The notes under the pieces: model-generated
The model's database searches: none
Seen by the model: the letters and a program-made list of their open reading frames with translations, nothing else
What the model was told of the DNA's origin: nothing
Shown here: positions 1 to 12,300 of the stretch, piece after piece
How the letters are laid out: each line of letters opens with the position of its first letter
Position numbering within the stretch: the first letter of the stretch is position 1
Source of the DNA: Owenia fusiformis
Taxonomy: Eukaryota
DNA length: 64,000 nucleotides
NCBI GenBank assembly: GCA_903813345.2
Contig: CAIIXF020000001.1
Location: 20,088,001 to 20,152,000, forward strand
Direction: 5' to 3'
Position numbers and translations under genes: made by a program

Positions 1-1224
1 ATTTATGAAATTTCAGTGCATATGAAATAAAAATCAATATTATTTAACATTTTCACAATAAAAACCCCTTTTAAATGTATTTAATGCAGGTGAGATCAAA
101 AGAAAATACATCTGCATTTACAATACAGTAGGATGTGATAATGAGACATATTAGACAATATGATAAATGGAGTTTAGTGTTAATGATTTGAATCCTATAA
201 ATATCTATGGTTAATGATGCAACATAAATGTACAATAAAGTGTAATATACCTCTGCAATCTCAATACTAGTTGTTAACCTACATTTGTAATTGAGTTGTT
301 TTAAAAGCTGATACTCTCATATAAAAATGCATGTGCCTTAATGACAGTCACATGTACAGACTTTGTTTTTAAGGACACTTTGATAAGAGAAGGTGGTTAA
401 AATAAGAATATGCTAAAAAAACAACCTGCCCAATAAAACTGAACAACAGCACAGATTATGCATAATTACATACAAAGAAAGCTGAGGACCATTTTTAGGG
501 CTCTCTCATATTCATTTTGAATTGAGAAACTGCAGTATCAATATTTGAAGTCTTTTCAAGAACCAAAAGATCAAAAACTGACCAGTGAACAGCTTATTTG
601 CAAGTGGTGCTGTAGAAATCCATTGTTATTTTGAAATTCTGCAAGCAAGATAGATAAAATTCTAGAAAAAATTGCAAAAAATACGGTGTGTCATTTCAAT
701 AAACAAAAATAATTACCTCTCTATTATACAGCTTAGACAGCATGCTTCTAGAGCTGCATTGAGGAGGAGCTTTGGTACTACAAAACCTTCCCATTCCTTT
801 AGGACTTCTAGATCTAGTCCTAGAGGCTGCTGGGAGAAGTTTACCTCCTCTGTTTGAGCTTAGACTACATGTACCAGATGAGTCCATCATCACAATTCAC
901 TGTTACAGTAACAATCCTGCCATTCTAAAATCATATCATTATTATATTGCATTTTAATTTAGTTTTTTTAGTAAATACCATAACAAATGAATGTCAAGAA
1001 TACGCTACGGGGGAGGGGGGGTGTGCACCTGAAACATATTGAAACTATAGTGCAATTAGGGGCAATCTGAGCATTTTCCCACAATCAAAATTAAAATATA
1101 TTATGACTTCATGGAAAAGGCTTCTTTTTGAAACAAGTTTGAATTCTAACACTATAACAGGTATTTTATTGGATTTTTGAAAAAGATTATTTTTTGAAAT
1201 AAATTATTATTGTAGGCTATTGCT

Positions 1225-1520
1225 CATTTCTGAGTATTCTGTCAAACTGGTTTTTGAAGCTGTTAACATCTTTGGCACTAATAGCAGATTCAGGTAGGTT
1301 GTTCCAGTTGATTGCAACATATTGGGTAAAGGGCATTCTTCAAGTTCTGTTCTATTGTATCTTATCTGCACTTTTTGACTATGGCCTCTGGTGTTCTTGA
1401 GTTTGGGTTTAGTAAATAGTTTGTCAGAGTTTAACCTGTCTTTACCTTCTCCTTCCAGTATTTTTAGGCCTGAATTAGATCACCTCATTTTTGTTTGTTT
1501 TTTTGTATTTTCGAGAGGGT
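1225..1520 (-). mobile_element. Degenerate CR1-type LINE 3' fragment
   Basis: Minus strand reads TRGHSQK...WNNLPESAISAKDVNSFKNQFD, typical of a CR1-clade ORF2 C-terminus; disrupted. Confidence 0.7.
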
Positions 1521-1899
1521 AGTTACTCCACTTGATCATATTTGTTCTGTGTTAATCAGGTTTTCCTGTCTTGTGTTGTTACTTCCTTGATGCATTAAAC
1601 TGCATTTATATCCAAGAATATGAAAAAGAACCAAAAAGGTTTTTGGAGCAACAGCAACAGAAAAAGTAAAAAGGCTTGATACTGCAGCACTAGGCCTTTA
1701 ATATTTTGATCGCAATTTTTAAGGTTTTATTGGCGCACAACCCAATAATAATTGAAATGGATGTCTAGGACTAATCATCATCATCATCATTAGGACGTAG
1801 TGGGCTAAGCCAGTGATGTCGTCATCTCATTAACTTATGCCACCTGGCTTCTCAATTCATTGATTATTGATTATGCAAGACCAAAAAAAGAAACCTATT

Positions 1900-2750
1900 A
1901 GCATATAGTGCTCCCTCTTCCAGGGATTGTCCATCCTCTTCTTAAAGGTTTCTAGGGTTGGTGCACATACTGCTTTCTCTGGCAGGCTATTCCAGTCTGC
2001 TACTCTTTGGGAGAAGAAGTGCTTTCTGAGCTTAAGCCTGGATCTTTCCTGATATAAAATAAAGTCATACCCTCTTGTAGATCTCACTGTTGACTGATTA
2101 AAGAATGTCTCTGCATTTCGTACTCTGTCAATACCATGAACAATTTTGAAAACATGAATCATGTCTGCTCTTTTCCGTCTATATGTCATAGCTTTAACTG
2201 TTTAAGTCTTTCTGGGTAAGATTTTTCGTTCGATCCAGTGACAAGTTTTGTGACTCTGCGCTGGACTCTCTCAATTTTGTCAATATCTCCTTTACATCTG
2301 GGGTTCCAGACTGTGTTGTTGTATTCTAGATGGGGTCTTACTAAGGTCTTGTACAGCTTTATGAATATGTCACTATCCCTGTATGTATCTGTAAGATCTG
2401 ATTGGCTAAAATATTAACATACGTGGTGGATACCTGTTTATAGAAGCTCAGTTCGTTGTCTATTATGACTCCAAGGTATTTTTCCTCTTTAACATTCTCA
2501 ATTTTAGTGGCATTCATGTAAGCTTAGTAGTCTTTGTTTATATTCTTGTTTCCCAGATGCATGGCTTTGCATTTATTTTCGTTGAATTTGAGCAGCCACC
2601 TGGCCGACCATTCCATGAGATTGTCAACATCTTTCTGTAACTTTCTTGGCATCTTCATTGCAGTAACGAAGGTATACACTTTGGTATCATCTGCAAACAT
2701 CTTGATTGTCTGTGTTGTAACTTGTATACTGTCTCTGATATCATTTCTAA
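1900..2750 (-). mobile_element. CR1-type LINE reverse transcriptase fragment (frameshifted)
   Basis: MFADDTKVY near 2675-2700; YKTLVRPHLEY near 2325-2355; ORF 1857-2189 has RRKRADMIHVFKI..FFSQRV..WNSLP..TFKKRMD. Confidence 0.85.
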
Positions 2751-3647
2751 GAGAGCGTAATAAGTGTCAAGAACAATTTCGACCTTTCTTATATACCTAT
2801 ACAGGTTGATTCCGATTTGAGTCCTTTGAATTCAACTGATCAGAATCCAGGATCTCTCTAGGACAATCAGTCAGTCTGACTCTGAGTCTTTGAATTTCAA
2901 TGGCTTTGATTTTGAGCTAACTTTTACTGATAATTATAAGTGTTCAAAGTGAAAGCAATTACATAAAATATCAAAAATATCCGAGAAAGTAACTTTAAAA
3001 TAATAAAAATCAAACCAACTCATCATAAAATAGATTTATCGTGGATGAAATTGGAGTTTAGTAAAGAGTGTCAAATATTATTTCTTACCAATTCTTTTGC
3101 TCTCGCCGTTAGATGGCGGTTCTGCGAGAATTCAGATTGTCCAACGAGAGTTCTAACTTTTTCGTAACTCGTGAATATTTCTTCATATTTTTAGTGATTT
3201 ATGAATATAACGGCAGAGATAGTAATTAAAAGAGATGTTTAGTGTAGGCAGTGTACCCCCACAGGTAGGTAGAATGATATAGACAATATTACATGAGCTA
3301 AAATCCATGAAACAGTTGCTTTCTTTTTATAAAATAATATTTCAGTCATTTTTTCACTGTTCAAACTGAAACTTCGATTTCGTCATGATAGATCATCCTA
3401 AAGCCTATACATCACACTAGAGGACGTGAGCGGAAGTCAACCTTATGTCACGGTACACTGAAGTTCGCAATAATGAGGTCATATATGTACATATGTAGGC
3501 CATGTATAGTCTAGTGGGAAGTTATACAATTATAAGCTGATTTAGGCTTTATATAACAGGTTATGAAACTAAAATTCTCATTCCAATTCTTCATGGCTAT
3601 TGTGCATGGGTCTTGCAATCTGCTTGGTTAAATCACTTGAATGACGC

Positions 3648-4486
3648 CTACAATCAAATTTTTTATTCTGTCAATCAGTTCATATGGTTAGAATAAGGAA
3701 AGAATGTGATGTAACCACGTGTCTACTTACTAGCTTGTTCTATGTCATCCATCGGACTAGGTTACATCGTGGAACGCAGCCAAACACGAGAATGAAGCCA
3801 GTATTCTGAGGTTATAAAATCTAAATCTAAATAATTTCCCATTTGCAGCCCCTTGGAGATTTCCGGAATTGAACCAAGTATCGAACGTTGCGATCTTTCA
3901 ACTTTAGTTCGTTGTTTTTTCACCACCTTATGTGTACTGTTTTCATTTAGGAGGCGGTCTTATTTGAATGCATCATTACAGGTCTTTATGAATCAATAGA
4001 TCAATAAACAGCTCTAAAAATACAATTTAGCAGTTTCTTTCATTGCGTACTGCGCATGTTAGGCACGAAAACAATTTAGCAGTTTCGTTCGTTGCGTAAT
4101 TGGGCCTTCTATAATCAAAAGCAAATACTCGGAAAACATTTTCCAAAATATTTACTTCCGATTTCCTTGAAGACATGATTGGGTGACACGTCATTGACAC
4201 GTGATTAAGTCACATGATCGATACAGTAACTAGTCACGTGATCAGACATGTGTCACGTGTCAGTCACGTGAGCTTGCAAAATGGACGATCTAAATTTCCA
4301 AAAATTCGGCTAAGATCAAGATAGATATGCTGTTGCCTTCAGCGTCCTGTTCGACTGCGTTCCACGATGTAACCTAGTCCGATGGATGACATAGAACAAG
4401 CCGGTAAGTAGACACGTGGTTACATCACATTCTTTCCTTATTCTAACCATATGAACTGATTGACAGAATAAAAAATTTGATTGTAG
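3648..4486. repeat. About 132-bp inverted duplication bracketing the promoter
   Basis: 3648-3779 is the near-exact reverse complement of 4355-4486. Confidence 0.9.
4045..4290. promoter_or_regulatory. Probable YME1L1 (possibly bidirectional) promoter with an E-box cluster
   Basis: CACGTG four times in 4198-4272 (three as GTCACGTG), GTCACATG near 4209, ETS-like ACTTCCG near 4154, NRF1-like TGCGCATG at 4051, YY1-like CAAAATGG near 4277; locally CpG-rich. Confidence 0.6.
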
Positions 4487-4921
4487 CGTATTCATGTAAA
4501 AAGTTTACTCCCATCCCTCAAAGAACCTTCTTACTCACGTGGTACTAACTCTCCGGGGCATATCGAAACCAAAATGCCCCGCAAAACCGTTAATTTGAAT
4601 TTCAAGTCTACCCTGTCTTGGAAAATCAATGATTGTGAGGCTCACACTATACCGTTTTTCTTCAAACTTGTTCTATTAAAACCTTCACAGAAATACCTTT
4701 CAGTCGAGACATTGCCTTTGTTTACAAAGTCCCTCGTTTTAGCGGCGTTTTGGTCCCCAGATGTGAGAAGATGCAAATCTTCAGAGATTTCAACTAAACG
4801 CCTCGATATATCGCCAGTTCTTTTATTATTCTCCCCTATATTTTGCTCAAGGACTCCCATTACAACCCTCCATCGCTGCATCAACATATTTATAACATTA
4901 TACGCAGCAATATAAAAAAGT

Positions 4922-5080
4922 CCTACGCAACTGTTCGATATTGACCAAAACGCCCCATTGTCTTCCAAAACGCCCCGCAGAGTCTATGACTACAGACGTG
5001 TATAGAGAAGGTATATAGATCCAACGGGGCGTTTTGGAAGAGAACGGGGCATTTTGATCAATTTCGAATAGATCCGTAGG
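4922..5080. repeat. Imperfect inverted repeat / small MITE-like hairpin
   Basis: Arms at about 4922-4977 and 5024-5080 (TTCCAAAACGCCCCG / CGGGGCGTTTTGGAA). Confidence 0.65.
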
Positions 5081-5094
5081 AAATTGAGTGAGTT

Positions 5095-5540
5095 AGTACC
5101 GCGTGTTACTCAGACCGTCTCAAAGTCCTAGACATGACAACACTGGCCTTCGGAAGACTCAGAGGTGACATGATAGAGACTTACCAATACATAAACAACC
5201 TTTATAATATAGACTCCAATTCACTTTTCCCTGGTTTACAACCACAGGACATACACCATACAAGAAGGTGCAATACACAATATCTCCGAAAGTCACATTG
5301 CAGTACAACCTTAAGACAGCAAACGTTTAGTCAGAGAGTTATAAAACAGTGGAACTAATACCAGAATGGGTAGTAAATGCACCAAGTGTAAATCAGTTCA
5401 AAAACAGATTAGACTCTCACTGGTACAATAACCCAATGAAATATGACCATACAGTGGACTACCACTTTATACACTGTTACTAACTAAATATGAACAAATT
5501 CAAAAGTATTGATCGGTTAAACAGGCAATTTATGCCTACT
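5095..5540 (+). mobile_element. CR1-type LINE 3' fragment
   Basis: ORF 5134-5358 reads RLRGDMIETY..FSQRVIKQWN, followed by PEWVVNAPSVNQFKNRLD. Confidence 0.8.
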
Positions 5541-5542
5541 TA

Positions 5543-6022
5543 GGGGCGGGGTCAAAATATCAATGTTCATATGGAGACGAAAGTAATTTCGTTTGGACAA
5601 CAACCCCCCCACCCCCCCTCTAGACGAAAGCTTAGGTCACTTCAAAAAAACATTGATTTATGAGAGGCATAATCGTATCCTATTTGCCGGGTTATTATTA
5701 GGGTGAATTAACACACGTTCGCAATTTAATTGCATTGAACTCTTCAAAAGGAGGAGGTAAAAGTACGGAATTTATTTGAAAAATGATCGAATTATCGTCT
5801 TTATCTACCGATATTTTGGACCTATCACACAAAAAAGCTCACAAACTATTGAAAACAAGCCTTTTTATCAGAACATAGCGCCAGAAAAAGTCCAAGTATT
5901 TTTTGTATATCAGATCCGAATTATCGATGTTTTTTTGGTCAACGAAAGTGCCCAAAAACCCCCTCCCCCCTCGCGAAAGTACTTTCGTCTCCATATGAAC
6001 ATCGATATTTTGACCCCGCCCC
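5543..6022. mobile_element. PIF/Harbinger-type MITE
   Basis: About 48-bp TIRs (GGGGCGGGGTCAAAATATC..ATGTTCATATGGAGACGAAAGTA) flanked by TTA at 5540-5542 and 6023-6025. Confidence 0.8.
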
Positions 6023-6324
6023 TTACCGTACTAACTTATAACTTATATAAAGATGGAATGATTGAAAGCAGTTTTCCTCTGTAGGGGGAAATGGTCATGA
6101 TTATCGCACGGTCCTAATTATCGCACAATTTTCCCAAATAGCCAAATCATGCACCCACCTCTTATAAACCAGTGTGTTTTAGGAGTAATTTATCTAAATC
6201 AGGTAATAATAAAAGGTGCATCAAGATCTATATGCAGCAGTGGTGAAATATGGTTGGAAGGATCAATACATGAAATATCAATGGGAGAAACTTCCGTATT
6301 TAAATTTTTCATCTTTGATTTCAG

Positions 6325-9300
6325 CAACTTTTGCTGCCTGCTTCACAACTTGTCTCAATCCTAAACACTGTGAGGAACTTGTCAGTACCAAAGAAACAAC
6401 ACAAGAAAGATACAACCAGAACACTAGAAAATGAGGAGATAAGCAATGAGGTATGACATCTTCCTTTCATTTTAAAGGTCACCTTTTAAAATGCAAAGGG
6501 AGTGTACTTTTTCTTTCAACTTTAGTTTTTTCAATATTCATTTTGCGAAAGTTATAGTTCGAAACATTGATCAATATTTTCAAGAAGGTACAGTGTAGTT
6601 TTATATGCCATGAATGCAAGTTAGAATCAATATACGTTCATGTAATCACACATTTTTTTATTCTTGTTTTAGAGAATTCACAAAGCTCTTGGACTGGAGG
6701 GACTGCCACGAGACCTAAAGCTTGAAGACTACTGTCCCATCAGAGCCATCATACACAGTGTTGCACCAAACACCTCACCAAATAGGAGCCATTCTCATGT
6801 CTCTGCTAATACTTTCTTTGAAAACACAAATGGTAAGATGTGGAACAATTTATGAATAAATAAAACAGATGTACATGTACATTGATTCAGAATCTAAGAT
6901 TTATAGACCCAAGAAAACACAACTTGTCTCTGTTATGAGCTTTCCTTAGTGTTTTATATTAGGCAGTATTAAATTCCATTTGATTGAACCTATCTTATAC
7001 ATGTATATTGTATATGGTATATGATTGTGTATTTGTGCTATGCATATCCCTAACAACTATTGAGCAAAAGTTTAATGCATGAAATGATCATTGCATTGAA
7101 GCCTTTGAGACTATAGATAAAACATCCAAAGTTTTCTTGTGCCAGTGATATATATCTGCCTATTTGATATTTTGTGCAATGTATGTTATGCCTATTCTTT
7201 GTTGTACCATATTTTAGGTTTCCCTGTAGAAGATCTGTATGTTAATCCAGTAGCTCCGTCTTGGCTGACATCTCAACTTCTTCAAAGGCATACACCACCT
7301 GCTGGTAGGCTTCTAGAACTTATATTTATCACAAAATCTTTAATGATATTCAAAACTTGTGAGATTTCATTGAAACGAAATGTGTTAACCATCAGGGTTT
7401 TTTATTGTCCTTTCAGATTAGGAATCTAACATTAATCATTTATAGTACTGTGCAACATCATAACTAGTTGGTTAAAAGTATAGAATATCTGTATCCATGA
7501 TGATTAAATCGCCATGTTAACTTTTAATTCCAGTTCTAGTCCAGAAACGTCATTTCCAGCAGAGAAAAAAGCGTGGAATGGGTCAAGAAGAAGAAGACAA
7601 CTCATTCTCATTCAAACTCGGATCTGTAAGTTGATGATTTGAAAATTGAAAAATTGTGTGCACCATTAACGTGCAATGTATGCACAATGTTTTTTTTAAA
7701 TTTTATTATTTATATGTCAAACCATCAGTTTTTGTTAAAAACATGGTGAACTGGGATTTTAAATCACAAACCCAGCATTCCTGCGTCAATTCTTGCATGT
7801 ACTCAATTTAAATAAACATTCAATGTAATGAATCTGTCACCAACAGGTATTTGACAAATTGAATGACAATAGAAACAAAAAACAAAACTTCAAGACGATG
7901 TTGTCTCAGTATCAAGACAAGCCAGACATCCAAGGGAAGCTAGAACAGGCATTTGGTAAAGGTTACGCTGCAGCTGAGAGTGAGCTAGGGGGCAAGGGTG
8001 TCACTACTGCCAAACAAGGGTCAGCATTTGCAGGTACAGTGAGAAAGTTCCTCTGGTATGCTTTGGCCCTATGGCTCATCTACAATGCCCTGCAGTTGTT
8101 CAGCATGGCAGGAACAAGTAAGTAGGATTTGAAAAATACTCATTTACTTTAAAGCATGTTCATTTCAGTCAAACTGTACACACAATGTTAAATTGCTACT
8201 GGTTTGTGATTTACATGATTGATCAGCATTTTATTGTTTGAATTAATGATGAATGAAAATTTGTTAATATAATATATAGTTTTACATGATAAATGCAATA
8301 TTTTCTCATTAGTATGGTCTTGTTGAACTTTGCAAGCATTGCTTGAATGAATTTTTTAACTATATATAGTGAGCTAATTCCAGTCCATTTGACTCCAGTA
8401 ATTGAAATGATCTGATTTTCTTCTTTCAGATATGAGGGGACTGAACATCCTACAACAGGAGAAGTATGAGATCAACCCTGAAGAAATCAATGTCTCCTTC
8501 AATGATGTGAAAGGGGTAAGTCATAAACATTGATGTCAAAGGGAAGATAAACTATGATATTGAACTGAATCACTTGAATTAAAGGAACATTGAACCATAT
8601 AGATGTTAAAATGGATAAAAATCTTTTTCTCGCATGATTTAAAACCTTCTATGATGATTCTGTTTTGGAAATATGTATCAAGTTGCATTTAAAGTCGGTT
8701 GTTGCCATGTTTAGACCAAGGATTGAAAGTGTCCACAAGAAACCACATAAGATCTGGAGGCCCTGTTGCATATTTTTTCCTTTAATTTACAGGTAGATGA
8801 AGCCAAATCAGAGCTACAAGACATAGTTGAATATCTGAAAGACCCAGAGAGATTTAAAACATTAGGAGCTAAACTACCCAAAGGTAAACATTTCATAACA
8901 TCTATTCTTATACTTATAGACAGGTTATTTTTTATTTTTGGTATTTTTGAAGTAATGGAACAAAGGACAAGAGCCCTTCCCCTCTTCACTTGAGCTGATG
9001 AACATTAAAATGTCATGTGACTCACATTAATATCAATTTTTACATGAAGTATGGATTTCCTTCTGACATTTAATTTGCAATAAGTATGTTGATGTCTTGA
9101 TTCATAATTTAACATTTTACTGAAAAATAACAGAACACAGTTTAAATCAAGTAAAGTAAAGTTAAATTGTCAAGTTTTGTTGTATTTGTAGGTGTTTTGT
9201 TGGTAGGGCAGCCAGGTATTGGAAAAACTCTCCTTGCAAGAGCTGTAGCAGGTAAAAAATTAGTTTTAATGGCCCTTCAATCGTTTTTTTTTAATATGTG

Positions 9301-12300
9301 AAAACACGAAGGTATCAGGATAAACCATGATAAAAATGTATACTGCCTGTCACAATGACATCTATTCAAATTATGCAAATAAAACCTCCAGCAGTTTAGT
9401 TGTCCCAAGCTATGTCACTATATTCAACAAGTTTAATTAATTGACAGAATATAGGGCAAACACTTGTTACTATTCCTTTTTTATATTTTATGGTGTAACT
9501 ATTATACACTCCCTTGGGTGTCCAGATCTTATATAGATATTATATGGTTTTAATTAAAAAATAAATAAATAATAACAAAACCAAATATTATTAAAAATAT
9601 AATAATGACTATAAGTAAAAAAAATTATTTTGCTATGATCACCCATATTTTGCAATTGGCAGTGGTTTAAATGGTCAAAATTCCTTCCGTAGGTGTCATT
9701 GGGAATTTTTCTACAGCAAATGTCAGTGATATTCCAAATCAAAATTTTATTATTGTATCATACAGTTTATTCTGTAAAATTCAAGATTTTTCTCCTATAG
9801 GTCAAGCAGGGGTGCCCTATTTCCAGGTGTCAGGGTCTCAGTTTGACGAGATGTATGTAGGCGTTGGTGCCAAAAGGATTCGAGAATTGTTTGGTATGTC
9901 CTAATTTAAGCCACTGCCCTATTTGCCTGCCATACATTTGGATGACACTTTTCAAATATTGCCATGAGAAATATGGCATGATTTGAAAAATGGCATACCA
10001 ACTACCTGTTTGAAACCATGCCTAATGGGTACGTTTTTGAAATCTGGCATGGTTTCATTCAAGTGAAGTTTAATTTAGTAAAGCACCTAAAATGCTATAA
10101 AAATACCTGACTTTAAACAGGGGAAGCTGGGGTTCCATTTTTCCAATGCTCTGGCTCAGAGTTTGATGAAATGTTTGTCGGCACTGGAGCAAAAAGAGTC
10201 AGACAACTGTTTGGTGAGTATTCTATGTAATTTGAGTCCAGTAATCTGGGCAAATAAAATGTGTGAACAAAAATTTTAACAATAGCATCATGTCTAGCGA
10301 GCAACCTTAACAGAAAATTGTCACAATTTTAAAATACTTTTGGGTCATATCATTCTTTCAACAATCATCTCTATTTTTCTAAAAAATTCCCATATAATGC
10401 ATACTATTATGTGTTCATTTCTCTATAAATGTGTTCACCACATTTATCAATTAACTTAATAGACATTTGTGGCAAATTGAGCACTTTGAATCTTGAATAA
10501 CTTTACCTATTTATAACATACCACAGATCTTTTGGGATTTGAGATGATAAAGAATACATTGGTAGGTCAATTGAACATGTTGGTTGCACTTTTGTCACTC
10601 CCCTCTGATTCTGCCTTTAAACAGTTACTTCCTAACTAAAGTAGATACAGTAATCATTATGAAATTGCCTAGTTTAATCAGCATAATCAGCTTTTTCCAA
10701 GTTACCCCATTTCTTGTAAAATGTATCTTTTGCATATGACAGTGATATTCCATACTTGAAGTTATTGCAGCGAGTCAAGAATTTACCTTGCACTCAGCTG
10801 AAAATGTTTTAACCTTTTTCTCGCTTGATAAATGCATTATTCAAAATCAATACTATGCATGATGTAATCATGAAAATGTTAATATATATATAACATGTGT
10901 ATGAATGTTATAGGTTCAGCTAAATTGCGAGCTCCTTGTGTGATATTCATAGATGAGATCGACACTCTGGGTGCTAAACGTACAAGCTCACAGATCCATC
11001 CCTATGCAAATCAAACCATTAACCAGCTGCTTGCAGAGATGGATGGGTAAGCTACTCTCTCTCATTCCAGTCTACACTTAATGCCCTCTTGGCTTACAGC
11101 AAGGGTTACACCAAGTGCTTTTTAGGCTTACGGCAAATGTGCTTGAGGCTTATACTAAAAGCTTGCCAAGGTTGCACCAAATCCTCTAGGGCTACACCAA
11201 ATCCTTTCTAGGGTTGCACCAAATGCTCTCAAGGGTTACACCAAATGCTTTCTAGGCTTACAGCAAATGCACTTGAGGGTTACACCAAATGCTTTCCAAG
11301 GATATATCAAATCCTCTCTCGGGTTACATCAAATGCTCTTCAAGGTTATAGAGAGAATCTTCATCCAAAACATTAAAATGGACTGGTCCAAGTTATCACT
11401 CACCTCAAAAAGAATGAATGTACTTGCATGTATACTGATCTCTTATTATAAGACTTATATAACCTAGTGTAATATTGTGACATCTTTTTGTGCCTATTTT
11501 CATAAATCATAATAAAGTTATTGATATTGATAGACACTATTTTTATCCATGAATATATACAATGTTAAATACATTTACACACTCCCCTCCAGGTTCCAGC
11601 AGAATGAAGGTGTCATAGTGCTGGGTGCTACAAATAGAAGGGACAATCTAGACAAGTAAGGCTATAAATATTAGGGCTTTGACAATGCATTGAAATTGCA
11701 GTGTTAGTTCTTAGACCGCGGTCAGTTCAGTTCGAAATCTATTCGATTCAGTCTTTTACAGAACATTAATTCACATTAATTAATATCTATTCAGGAATGT
11801 TTAGTGAGCAAAAAGACCATTCACTGTCACATAAAATGATAATACCGTTGTAGCAAGTGAAGATTTTGGCCTTATTGATGCTCTTTTAAAAGTCTTAAAG
11901 CCCATTTTGGGGCTATTTTACTACCCCAATGATATTCTTCATTGCCTGATACTAAAATTGATATTCATTTTTATTGAGACTAGATCCAAGAAATTTTTGA
12001 ATCTGGAAATAGTATTATTCCTTACAAATAATTCACATGTCCATGTATTTTAGAGCTCTTTTGAGACCAGGAAGGTTTGATGTAGAGGTGAGGATATTCT
12101 CCCCTGACTTGAAGGGCAGAAAAGACATAATAGAACTCTATCTCAAGAAGGTCACGGCAGATTCAAGTAAGTATGCACATCTCAGATTGACTCAAAGTGA
12201 TATGTAGTGGCTGACACAAGTAACTGATGTTCCCATACATCACTTATTACAAGCCAGATAAACCATAAGGATTTTTTCAAGCTTGTTACTGAACTGCCTT

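Noticed and set aside
4574-4968. Overlapping 113-aa (+) and 108-aa (-) ORFs
   Set aside because: No recognisable domain or splice context; they overlap a hairpin repeat inside the probable first YME1L1 intron.
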